A stretch of DNA of 63,175 bases, counting the filler, from Chiloscyllium plagiosum (taxonomy: Eukaryota), in the NCBI RefSeq assembly GCF_004010195.1. It is 5 parts of one record of this genome, joined end to end, with 100 filler letters (N's around TTAATTAATTAA, not from the genome) between each part and the next. Parts side by side here need not be neighbours in the genome. Positions count along the whole stretch, not along the records: positions 1 to 10,266 come from NC_057710.1; 4 more parts are not named here. One strand, 5' to 3'. The notes beneath the pieces were generated by a model. That model did no database searches, was not told where the DNA came from, and worked only from the letters and a program-made list of their open reading frames with translations. Shown piece by piece: positions 1-10,366 of this stretch; positions within the stretch are counted from its first letter, which is position 1; the number at the start of each line of letters is the position of its first letter. The position numbers and the translations under genes are program-made.

Positions 1-500
1 GTGGGGTGGAAGGTGAGCACCAGGGGCGTTCTGTCTTTGTTGCGGTTGGAGGGGTTGGGTCTGAGGGCGGAGGTGCGGGATGTGGATGAGATGCGTTGGA
101 GGGCATCTTTAACCACGTTGGAAGGGAAATTGCGGTCTCTAAAGAAGGAGGCCATCTGGTGTGTTCTATGGTGGAACTGGTCCTCCTGGGAGCAGATACG
201 GCGGAGGCGGAGGAATTGGGAATACGTGATGGCATTTTTGCAAGAGGTAGGGTGGGAGGAGGTGTAATCCAGGTAGCTGTGGGAGTCGGTGGGTTTGTAA
301 AAAATGTTAGCGTCACTAATGGAGATGGAGAGGTCCAGGAAGGTCAGGGAGGTGTCAGAGATGGTCCAGGTAAATTTAAGGTCAGGGTGGAATGTGTTGG
401 TGAAGTTGATGAATTGCTCAACCTCCTCGCGGGAGCACGAGGTGGCGCCAATGCAGTCATCAATGTAGCGGAGGAAGAGGTGGGGAGTGGTGCCGGTGTA
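1..500 (-). mobile_element. Penelope-like element reverse transcriptase fragment (RT core C-terminus and thumb), runs off window start
   Basis: The minus-strand frame reads YTGTTPHLFLRYIDDCIG...HPDLKFTWTISDTSLTFLDLSI...FYKPTDSHSYLDYTSSHP...SQFLRLRRICS...RTPLVLTFHP, with RYIDD at 456-470. These are typical PLE RT motifs. Confidence 0.9.
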
Positions 501-819
501 CTAATCTTTAAAACACTTAACTAATAAATGTTCAAGAAACACAGTTCAGAAATTTTCAAACAGCCTTGTTTTAACAGCTTTTTTGTTAAACTCATTTCAG
601 AATTTTAAAACATTTCATGTGAAGAAGTATATTCTAATGTCACCATTGAAAGGTCTAATTCTAAGGTCTGGTCAAGATGGTGGCAGAGTAGGAACTCCAA
701 CCAGAGCTCCTCCGCTCCTTCTGTTTATTTCCCATTTTATTCTCTATTTTTTCTCTTTTTTCCTTTTTAGTGTCCTCCCCTGAGTTAGAGCGGGGAGGGG
801 ATGGCCCTTGGGCCCTGAG

Positions 820-1055
820 CGGAGTGAGTACAGCCAGTGGGCTGGAGGCTCACGTAGATTAGGGACAGGCAGCAATGGAGGCCTGAGCAATGTAGCGATG
901 GCCAGTAGACTGGAGGCCTGAGCAGTGTGGTCAGCACTGGGCTGGAGGCCCGAGCAGTGGGGTCAGTCAGTGGGTTGGAATCCCAAGCAGAGAGGGGATG
1001 GCCAGTGTGTTGGAGGCCTGAGCAATGTAGGGATGGCCAGTGGATTGGAGGCATA
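820..1055 (+). repeat. Imperfect ~33-36-bp tandem repeat (GGAGGCCTGAGCAATGTAGGGATGGCCAGTGGNCT-like), ~6-7 units
   Basis: TGGAGGC(C/T)(T/C)GAGCA and GGCCAGT motifs recur at regular spacing. Confidence 0.7.
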
Positions 1056-1097
1056 AGCGATGCAGGACAGTTATTGGACTGGGGACTGGGTGCAGGC

Positions 1098-1768
1098 ATA
1101 TAACATAGAACATAGAACATAGAAGAATACAGCGCAGTACAGGCCCTTTGGCCCTCGATGTTGCGCCGATCCAAGCCCACCTAACCTACACTAGCCCACT
1201 ATCCTCCATATGCCTATCCAATGCCCGCTTAAATGCCCATAAAGAGAGAGAGTCCACCACTGCTACTGGCAGGGCATTCCATGAACTCACGACTCACTGA
1301 GTAAAGAACCTACCCTTAACATCTGCCCTATACCTACCACCCCTTAATTTAAAGCTATGCCCCCTTGTAATAGCTGACTCCATACGTGGAAAAAGGTTCT
1401 CACGGTCAACCCTATCTAAACCCCTAATCATCTTGTACACCTCTATCAAGTCACCCCTAAACCTTCTTTTCTCCAATGAAAACAGCCCCAAGTGCCTCAG
1501 CCTTTCCTCATATAATCTTCCTACCATACCAGGCAACATCCTGGTAAACCTCCTCTGCACCCATTCCAGTGCCTCCACATCCTTCCTATAGTATGGCGAC
1601 CAAAATTGCGCACAATACTCCAGATGCGGCCGCACCAGAGTCTTATACAACTGCAACATGATCTCAGGACTCCGGAACTCAATTCCTCTACCAATAAAAG
1701 CCAGTACGCCATATGCCTTCTTCACCGCACTATTTACCTGGGTGACAACTTTCAAAGATCTGTGTACA
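1098..1768 (-). mobile_element. CR1 LINE, 5'-truncated 3' end
   Basis: ORF 1294..1809 reads LYKTLVRPHLEYCAQFWSP...RGDLIEVYKMI...GHSFKL. A (TTCTATG)n 3' tail appears as CATAGAA repeats at ~1100-1125. Confidence 0.95.
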
Positions 1769-3039
1769 ATGGTTTGCGAGCCCACTCTGACCAGTTCTAC
1801 TGCAGGCACTTCATCGAAAGACTGTAATGCTTATCATTTTAACATTGTTCCTCATTTTATCAAACTTATACTCTGAATAACCGTAAGTAATGTAACTTTT
1901 TGCCTTTCATTTTCCTTTATTACTCTATTTTATGTCTAAGGTCTGTACTCAGGCTATCTGTTGCTAAGATGGTGCCATGTGGGCTGACATTGTAAACTTT
2001 TCACTGTATTCCTGTACTCCCAACATGTGACAATAAAGGGTACTCTAATTCTAATTTTGAGGTTATTCCTTTGTTCTATAGCAAGACGCTCTAATGGAAA
2101 AAAAAATCTGTTTTTCATATTCTTTGAATGTTTTGCATATATTAGTTAGATCACCTTTAATCTTCCATAGTCAATTAAATATTAGTCACTTGTATAAATC
2201 TTGTCATTCTAGTAAATCTGTGTATAGTTACTTCAAAGTCTAACACTGTGTATCCTTTATGAGACACAGTGTCCAGAACTGAACACACTGCTCTACATTG
2301 AAGCCTTCACGAGTGTTTTGAATGATTGGATGAAAATGATGTACCAGGGTTTGGAAAATAAAGCTTGGCATTAGGTAATGATGCTCATTTAATGAGCTGG
2401 TGCAAGGACAATAGGTCAAATGGCTTCCTTCTACACCTCTGCGAAATGGAGGCAAACCAGAGCTCAGCACAGTATAAAATAATTTCAATTCCTTTTTATT
2501 CCAGCTCATTTTAGACATTAGGTAAAATTTCGTTTGCAGTTTTAATTACGATTGTGCATATCCATTGCACAAAAAATTACAAACAAAAAGCAGGAATAAG
2601 CTATTGAATTCCTCAATACTGTTCTGTGATTTAATAAGACCATGGCTAATCTGATTTTAATCACAAATTATGTGGTTTTAATCACATTCCCACCAACCCC
2701 ATCAATATTTCACCCCTTGCTTAACAAAAATCTATCCACTTCTGCTATAATATATTCAAAGACTTCCTCTGCTGCCTTTCTGAAATGAAAGTTCCAAAGA
2801 ATCTCAACCTTCCATGAGAGAAAAAAAAAGTCCAGGTCATTTATATAAATTTATTTATGTATTATAAACAATTGATGTCCCAACACTGATCCCTGTGGCA
2901 CATCACTTGTTTCTTTGTACCAACTTGAAAATGACCCACTCACTTTACTCGTTCCTACCTGTGAGCCAGCCAGTCTGCTATCCATGCCTGTTTGCGAGCC
3001 CCAACACTGTGAGCTTTTAATATTTGCAATAACCTTTCA

Positions 3040-3195
3040 CAGAATCAGGCAATCTCTACAGTGTGGAAGCAGGCCATTTGGTCCATCGAGTCCACATCAA
3101 CTATCTGAAGAGCATCCCACCTAGACCCTGTCCCCACCCTATCCCTGCAATCCTGAATTCTCCATGGCTAATCCACCTAGCCTGCACATCCCTGA
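3040..3195 (-). mobile_element. HE1-type shark SINE, 3' part
   Basis: CTACAGTGTGGAAGCAGGCCATTTGG...CCATGGCTAATCCACCTAGCCTGCACATC matches the reverse complement of the full copy at 24892-25186. Confidence 0.8.
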
Positions 3196-3337
3196 ACTCT
3201 CCAAATTTTGAATTTATCTAACTTTCCTGCCAAGGCATCTTTAGTAACAGCTTCTAACATTTTCTTTTGACAGATGATAAGTTAACTGGCCTGAAGTTTC
3301 CTACTATCTGTCTTTCTCCTTTCTGAATAAAGAAGTT

Positions 3338-3508
3338 ATGATTAGATTAGATTCTCTACAGTGTGGAAACAGCCCCTTTGGCCCAACAAGTCCACACCAC
3401 CCCTCCGAAGAGAAACACACCCAAACCCATTCCCCTGCCCTATATTTATCCCTGACTAATGGGCAATTTAGCATGGCCAATTCACCTGACCTGCACATCT
3501 TTGGATTG
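3338..3508 (-). mobile_element. HE1-type shark SINE, 3' part
   Basis: (ATTAG)n tail followed by CAGTGTGGAAACAG...GGGCAATTTAGCATGGCCAATTCACC. Confidence 0.85.
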
Positions 3509-4924
3509 TTTGCTATTTTCCAATCTGATAGGACCTTGTGAATCTAAGACATTTTGGCAAATTAAAACTCCCTCTTTTAAGACAGTTGGATGACTTCATC
3601 AGGACCCAGGCACTTGGTCAGTGCACAGTTCTATACCACTTCCCTGGTGATTGTAATTTTCCTGGGCTGCTCACTGGTATTTCCAGAATTACAATTGTTT
3701 CTACAATGTGACTTGCCTTTTCTATGTGGAGACAGCTTTAAAAATGTCTAATTAATTCACCTGGTATCTCTTCATTTTGCATGATCAGTTCTCCAGATTC
3801 ATTTTTTTAAAGGATCAACTCTCAGCTTTGTTAACTATTTTAAATGTTTATCGAATCTCTCGCTATCACTAGCTTTTTGGGTTTGGAGAATGCAGGATGT
3901 TTTTGCTTGGAATCTTCCTCACTTGGCAGACCCATGTCCTTTAGGAAGGCCCCTGCCCACTAACTTTTAATTTCAGGGTCAGAGCCAGGGTGGAATTGGG
4001 CACATCATGACTGAAAGCAGGCCTGACGTGATAATGGAGGTGGAAGGACGTCGAGGATGATAGGTTAGAAGGCCGGCCTTTGTTGACTGTGACATTAGTC
4101 CAGTTGTAATTGTGAATGGTACTTAAATCCCCCATGTTTCTCTTTGCACCTTCATACATTTCTGTTTCCCCATGACCCCTCATGTACCTTTTCTTATACC
4201 CTATATATTCCTGTGCCCAGTTCATGCTCTTTCATATCATGTTTCTTTGAAAGGATATTTTTGAAAGTTCCCTTAAAAAGAAAATATGTTGTAGAAACAA
4301 ACATATCCTTCACCAATACATCTGAGGCAGACCATCCATAAGTAACCTTTTCATGTTTTCAATCAAACTGTCAACTGCTACAAGACATGGTGCGGGAGCT
4401 TTTTAAACAGCCAATTTTGCATAATGTTTCTAGTTGCCATAACAAACCATTGTAGCTCACAGCCAATGAAGCCTATTGACATTGTTTGTTGAGTTACATC
4501 AGGTGATTTCTGAATGAATGCACTGTAGCAGAAATGCGCTACCATCCGAAGGGAAAGCTTGCAGCCTTTCTCTTTAAATCGATAGAATCTTTCAGGCCTT
4601 TAAGACTAGAAAATGTCAGAAACTGAGAACAAAACATAATCAAATGTTTTTATTTTTGCAATTTCAATAACTTTCACTGTCATTAAGCTGCAAATTCACT
4701 TTTGTGGCAGTTGAATCCTTAAGAATTCTTGGCTGAGTTTCAAAAACACCAAACCATTTATCTCAGCAGCAAGCTGCAAAAACAGCTTGATTGAAGATTT
4801 TAGGAGGTTATTAAATGGTCATCTGTCTTTGATATAGTTTACGAAATAGATGCCTTCTTAGAACAGATTGACCATCTGAGGCAATATAAGAATTTTTGAA
4901 TGTTTTTTTTTATGAACTTGTTTT

Positions 4925-5410
4925 AATTGTTGTGGGTATGTTCACTGAGCTGGAAGATTAGTTTGCAGATGTTTTATCCTCTTTCTAGGTGAAATCCTCA
5001 GTGCTGTGGAATCTCCTGTGAAGCGCTACTGTCTTGTATCTATTGGAATTTATTCGGTTCTTTTCCTATTGCTTTGGTTGTTGGTTCCGGTTGTTCATTA
5101 CAGTGGTTGGTGTATTGGGTCTAGGTCACTGATGAAGTCTGTGGATGAGTCTAGGAATTCTCTGGTTGTCCAATGTTTGGCTTGTCCTCCTGCAACAAAC
5201 AACTGGAACCAACAACCGGAAGCAATGGGAATGAAACCAAATAAATTCCACCTAATACAGGACAGCAGCACTTAACAGGAGGTTCTATAACACTGAGGAT
5301 GTTACCCGGACAGAGGATGAAATGTCTGCAAACCAACTTCCCAGATCAGCGCACTTACCCACAACTACAGCAATCGGCACCTGAGCTACAAATCTTTACG
5401 CAAACCATAA
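4925..5410. mobile_element. Penelope-like element remnant (family C) with inverted pseudo-LTRs
   Basis: ~4930-5095 is an imperfect inverted repeat of ~5200-5365. The intervening minus strand encodes GQAKHWTTREFLD..DLDPI, like the endonuclease end at ~61675-61770. A degenerate hammerhead core CTGAGGA...GAAATGTC lies at 5293-5326. Confidence 0.75.
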
Positions 5411-5831
5411 CCAATTTTTGCTACTTCTAGCTTCCATTCTTATAGATTCTACATAATCTGATCCAAGATGTACTATTCATGTACAAATTCCAACTTGCAC
5501 TAACAAGGCCAATCCATCACCATTTCCTTCGTATCTGTCCTTCTATTCTGCCAGGATATTCTTAATTTCAATTCAGAATGGGCAACAAAAAGGCATGAAA
5601 GAATAGAGGAAGTTGATACTTTCTATGAAAGCAAGGTCACAAAATAAAACTTGCAGATGAGAGAGATTTTATGTGGTCATAAATTCAGCAAAAAGCTAGA
5701 TACAAGTTATCGATAAATTGCTGGGATTCATAGTTATTCACTTGATTTGGTTAGGCATAAATTCCCTGATTCTCTTAGATATGAAGTTAATCAGTGTATT
5801 ATACTGTGCAGGTATGTACTATTACTGTCAC

Positions 5832-6066
5832 CTGTGGGTCAATGAGCTGTTGTTGATTCCTTGAGACAGAAGGTGATGGCTTCATATCTTACTCCAGGAT
5901 TGGAACACAATGTAGCCTTACAATGTGTCATTGGCAGAGTGCTACAGTGTTGGAGGTGGATGCTCTGAGTAAGATTTTAAATCAAAAACTTCTCTCCCCT
6001 CTTAGTTGAAATCAAAATATCCCATGGCACTTCTTCCAGGAAAAGCAGGAGAGTTCTTCCTGGTGT
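5832..6066 (+). mobile_element. Ancient Deu-type SINE (SacSINE1/AmnSINE1-like), decayed
   Basis: tRNA-like head (GAGACAGAAGGTGATGGCTTCA..CTCCAG) and ATCCCATGGCAC...GCAGGAGAGTTCTTCCTGGTG core; similar to 18910-19322. Confidence 0.6.
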
Positions 6067-6539
6067 AAGACCATAGACCATAATGTGTAGGAACAGGAAT
6101 AGGCCATTCAGCTCATCTCTTGCCCAGTATTTATCTGTCAACTGATACAAGTTGAATATGAAGATAATTGTCTCTTCTGTAGATACTCTTGAAAATACTG
6201 AGATCGAAGAAGAAATTGAGATGAGAGGGCTGGTGACATGTCCTGCAATCTCATTTGCATGATGTCCTTGAACTTGCATCTAGTGGATGTGAAATTTGAT
6301 TTTACTGTCTTTATATCTTGGCTGAGCTCCATACCCCTGAGACTCCTCGTAGACAAGCTGGACAAAGGTCCACACCTCATTTATTAATCTTGTGTCTGAG
6401 TGATGGAAGTGCTCAAGGAGCAAAGACCAGAATAATAAACTTCTATATTTGCTGTGAATTTACAAAGTAGAGAGTATTCATAGAAAGAAATCCAGATGTA
6501 TTTTCAAATAAAATGATTGGCAGAACAGAAATATAATCC

Positions 6540-6865
6540 ATGCAGCACAATAGCTTAGCGCTTAGCACTTCTGCCTCATAGGGCCAAGGACCTGGTTTTG
6601 ATTCCACCCTTGGGTGACTGTGTGAAGTTTGCACATTCTCCCTGTGTCTGCATGGGTTTCCGTCGGCTGCTCTAGTTTTCTCCCACTCTGAAGGTGTGCA
6701 GATTAGGTGGATTGGCATGCTAAATTGCTCACAGTGTTCAGTGATGTGTAGGTTAGATTTAGCCATGGGAAATGCAGAGGGATGGGTTGGATGGAATGAT
6801 CTTTGGTGGATCAGTATGGACTTGTTGGGTCAATTGGCCTGCTTTCACACTATTGGAATTATATG
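6540..6865 (+). mobile_element. HE1-type SINE, older full-length copy
   Basis: Degenerate A and B boxes (TAGCTTAGCGCTTAGC; GGTTTTGATTCC), V-domain TTTGCACATTCTCCCTGTGTCTGC, and 3' end TTTCACACT. Confidence 0.85.
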
Positions 6866-7103
6866 AATAATGTGGGAAATAAAAAAAAGCTTGTAACAGT
6901 ACAGAAGAGATTAATGCCAGTCAAATAGATTTTTTTTTTCTGAATAACTGAGTGAGTTTGGGCAGCTGACTGGCTCAGTGTGCCCATAAATCCAGACTTC
7001 ATCTGGATTTTTCAGGTCGATATACAAACTCCCACAGCGTTATATGCAGGAGAGATACTGTGCTGCCCAACAAGTATTTCATCACTGATAAATCAGATTA
7101 ACT

Positions 7104-7161
7104 AATTGTTATCTTGTTGACAGATAGGTAGAATAACATATCTGTCAACAAGATAACAATT
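7104..7161. repeat. Perfect 23-bp inverted repeat with 12-nt spacer
   Basis: AATTGTTATCTTGTTGACAGATA (7104-7126) / TATCTGTCAACAAGATAACAATT (7139-7161). Confidence 0.95.
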
Positions 7162-7229
7162 TGTACTGCCTTTTTCCCACCTAACTATGGTGGGAAAGAT
7201 TTGTACTGCCTTTTTCCCACCTAACTATG
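7159..7229. repeat. Perfect 31-bp direct repeat separated by a 9-nt inverted snippet
   Basis: ATTTGTACTGCCTTTTTCCCACCTAACTATG at 7159-7189 and 7199-7229. The spacer GTGGGAAAG is essentially the reverse complement of TTTCCCAC inside the unit. Confidence 0.95.
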
Positions 7230-8037
7230 CCTCCAAAGTACTTCCTTAGCTCTGGTCAATTTAGGATGAACTGAGGAAAGGTGCCATACAAATGCAAACG
7301 TTCTATTTAGTTCTTGCACCAAGCTACAGGATACTGTTTTAATGATGCAGTGTGTGCTTTTTAACTTATCACCTAATGATGAGGTTGAAAAGTTCAAAAG
7401 ATGACTCAGTGGCATTATTACAGGTCTCTGCTGAATGGCTACGTAATTTTACTTGTAAGTTAAACAAAGCATAAAAGTGTCAGTCTGCTATTGAAAATGC
7501 AAGACCATTTCCATTAATACTCAACAACTTTAATTTAATGCTTCATCAATACAGCATGAGTAAGGGTAACTCATAATCACACATTTAAACATGAATAATG
7601 GCTGGGATTTCAAAGGACAACAGGAAAGGTACTGGGAGACAGCTGGGAATTGGTGTGAGGGAGGTGATAAATGGAAAAGTTGGTGGAGAAGAGCTTTGGC
7701 ATGGCCATTGTCTTTAAAACCAGTATAGAGGAAGGTGGCAGATAGCCCCTCCATTCCTATATCAGTTGAAATCCTCAAGACACCAGAGGCATGTGGGTAC
7801 TTTGCCGCATGATAGGGCAGCCAGGTATGCCTTCACAGCCACTGTCTGGGCTCAGGGAGTGGTGGACAGGCCCTCCTGACTGGCCACCTCATGACCAACA
7901 TGGAAGGAACATCCAGCTGCCCTCATGAACAATTCCTCCCCACACCAGGACCTACCTGACTGGCCGACATAGTCCTGATCTACCTATCCATGTTCTGAAG
8001 AATCCTCCATGGAAGCTGTAAATGCCTGGGTGCACTA

Positions 8038-8538
8038 TGTTATGGACCAGGCCAGACGCTCTCAAAGCATTTCAATAAAGTGACTCAGATGCTAACTCTT
8101 CTAGCGGTTTTGAGCAGGTGTAATGTGGATATTCCAGGAAACATGCAGCTGGTCAGCTAAAAACAGGATTTATTTATAAAATTACCAAATGAAACACAAA
8201 CAAAAGAGAACAGAATACAGAATAATGTAACTTATTTGAAATCCCAACAGGTTTTCTCAACTTAATGATGCTGTTCCAAATACTTGCAACAATCCCCATA
8301 AACATCCCTTGGCACAAAAGATAAAATCAAACACAGGGTCTTACAGGAGTGACATGTCAGAGAGAGAGTACCAGCTTGGCCCTGTTTCATTGGGTCTAGT
8401 GGCTTCAAAACTGCCTGACTGCTTCCAGTGAATAGCCAGACTGCCAGAAACCAAATCAAACCAGAGAAAAGCTGAGCTGGGAGAACTGACCACTCCCCTT
8501 TCATTGTACAATGGGTTTTTAAAAAAAATCTTTAAAGC
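8038..8538 (-). mobile_element. LTR-retrotransposon (probably Gypsy) LTR fragment, cut by the ERV insertion
   Basis: Starts abruptly with TGTTATGGACCAG (a TG terminus), has a minus-strand AATAAA at 8169-8174, is non-coding, and ends at the ERV LTR start. Confidence 0.5.
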
Positions 8539-9259
8539 TGTGGGATATAGGTAAATTAATGTTATTTCTGCAATTATAAGTTTTGATACAGAGTAAATGA
8601 ACTCACATCAGTGTGTAATTGTTTCAGCCAACAGCTGAGTCAACAAGAATGGGAACTATATGGAGGAAATACATAATTGTTTTCGTCTCAGCTAAAAATG
8701 GTATGTCAGCCTGAGACGTGATTGCAAAACAATGGTAGAAATACAGGCACTAGATAAAATGCTATGAAGAGAGGCCTGTATAAACAGTAGGTTTCCCACT
8801 TGTATGGAGACATAGGAACAAACTCTAATTAAAGAGGTCATAAAGGTCAGAGTCGCCTCCGGAGAGGCCCAGATGGAAGGAATAGATACTGATAAAGAAA
8901 GAATATGCCTAATGATGACCTGCAGTGGGATGACGTCAAACGACCTTATGGGGCCAGAGATAGGCATTTGTCATGGACAAGGCCGGATAAACAGAAGTTG
9001 TGGGATCAGTTTTAGGGAAATGAGTGACGTAAGCGGGGGGGTGGGGGGTGGGGGGGGCAAACAATAAAATAAGAAAAAATAAGTAGGGACTCAAATTGTA
9101 TAAATTTCGAGAGTTTGTTGAATTTGATGTGTATTTGTCCTCTGCCTTGTCTGACATTAGACATTGCACCCACTTGCAAGTGTAAAAATAAAGGACACTA
9201 CTGATACAGATTTTGTCTCGGATTGCAATTATTGAAGTGAGTGAGCTTTGTTTCTCACA
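8539..9259 (+). mobile_element. Endogenous retrovirus 5' LTR (721 bp)
   Basis: TGTGGGA...TCTCACA imperfect inverted termini, TATAAA at 9099-9104 and AATAAA at 9187-9192. It is immediately followed by a PBS and a gag start. Confidence 0.8.
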
Positions 9260-9261
9260 AT

Positions 9262-9279
9262 TGGGGACTCGTCTGGGAT
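9262..9279 (+). promoter_or_regulatory. Primer-binding site for tRNA-Pro
   Basis: TGGGGACTCGTCTGGGAT is 16/18 identical to the MLV-type tRNA-Pro PBS TGGGGGCTCGTCCGGGAT and lies 2 nt after the LTR-terminal CA. Confidence 0.9.
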
Positions 9280-9573
9280 TTTCTTCCATCGACGGGGAGA
9301 GTGACTGGCCTTAGACACTGGGAAGACGCATCCCGTTCCCAATTGATGAGCGGTTCGTGTCCCGGTTTGGTCTGCTCCCTTGGGCGGCTGGTACGGATCC
9401 CACAAGAGAGATATCTGAATCAGACAGTGATAGGAGGTTGATAGAAAATACGGCAAGAAGGGGCCAGGCAACTCTGTGCACAGACCAAGGAAAGAAAATT
9501 GACTTTTAAGTATTGCCTTGGTGGCCGGGATTGAGTTTTAGTAGTTAATAAGGGACTAACGAAGGAACTCAAT

Positions 9574-9856
9574 ATGGGTTGTGCCGTGGGTAAGGAACAA
9601 GCCTCCGGGAAAACAAAAGAAGAACAGGGCAATGGAAATGGAGGCGGGGTCCCTTACAACATACCTCCAGAAAGTCCTTTGGGCAGGAGGTTGTGGAATT
9701 GGAGAAATAATACTTGTACAAGCGAGAAAGATGATTAAATATTGTTGCTTTGTATGGACTAAGGAATCCATTCTTCGTCCCGCTGTCTTCTGGCCAAAGT
9801 ACAGGTCAGACGAAGACTGGGTTTGTAAATATCTGAATTTATATGTCAATGTGTGA
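9574..9856 (+). pseudogene. gag: ERV gag matrix domain, class I (HERV-I-like), frameshifted and truncated
   Basis: ATG 9574 gives MGCAVGKEQASG...YNIPPESPLGRRLWNWRNNTCTSEK. After a frameshift near 9728 it continues KMIKYCCFVWTKESILRPAVFWPKYRSDEDWVCKYLNLYVN. Gly2 is a myristoylation-type start. Confidence 0.8.
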
Positions 9857-10266
9857 GGGAGAGAGAATGAAAAGAGCTGTACAGCTGGTAGAAAGTTTAA
9901 CCCTTTGTGATTTGGTTTGAGTGAACATTTGTTTGTTGGTGATTGAATGTTTGTGTTTTATTCCCTGGAGCTTGAGTTCCAGGACTGTTTTGAATCAGAT
10001 TTTATTATGGAAACTTAACATGATTTCTTTTAAGGTTAAGGATTCTATAGAGATTATAAAAAAAAATGATAACTGCTGTTCTTTTTACAGATCATGACTG
10101 CCTTACTATCAGTTTCTAACTAATCTCTTTTATCTTTACATAAAAGCGATTTATGGAGGACAGTTGAAGTTTCAGTTCAACATTAGATTGTAATAAAAGC
10201 AAAATTCTATGGTTAATATCTGTGACCTTGGATTCAGCCATTGTTCATGCATTAGAAGATTTTTTT

Positions 10267-10366
10267 NNNNNNNNNNNNNNNNNNNNNNNNNNNNNNNNNN
10301 NNNNNNNNNNTTAATTAATTAANNNNNNNNNNNNNNNNNNNNNNNNNNNNNNNNNNNNNNNNNNNN
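10267..10366. other. Artificial assembly spacer (44 N + TTAATTAATTAA + 44 N)
   Basis: The identical 100-bp construct recurs four times, and the 12-mer places stop codons in all six frames. Confidence 0.95.

Larger units (their letters stand above)
668..2049 (+). mobile_element. Non-autonomous retroelement (~0.7 kb net) with Rex1/Babar-like 3' end, interrupted by a CR1
   Basis: Flanked by the imperfect duplication TCTAATTCTAAGGT (654-667) / TCTAATTTTGAGGT (2050-2063). Its 3' end TTTCACTGTA...ACATGTGACAATAAA resembles the end of the Rex1 element at ~43925-43960. No recognisable protein is encoded. Confidence 0.55.
2580..3620 (-). mobile_element. Highly decayed CR1 fragments, interrupted by two SINEs
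   Basis: Degenerate CR1 3'UTR at 2580-2830, an RT piece GTCCCAACACTGATCCCTGTGG (antisense of PQGSVLG) at ~2877-2898, and further pieces at 3225-3335 and 3510-3620. Confidence 0.55.

Noticed and set aside
1..524. Plus-strand ORFs 1..267 and 96..524
   Set aside because: They are antisense shadows of the minus-strand Penelope RT frame.
10311..10322. TTAATTAATTAA as a biological palindrome
   Set aside because: It is always centred in exactly 44+44 N, so it is an artificial linker.
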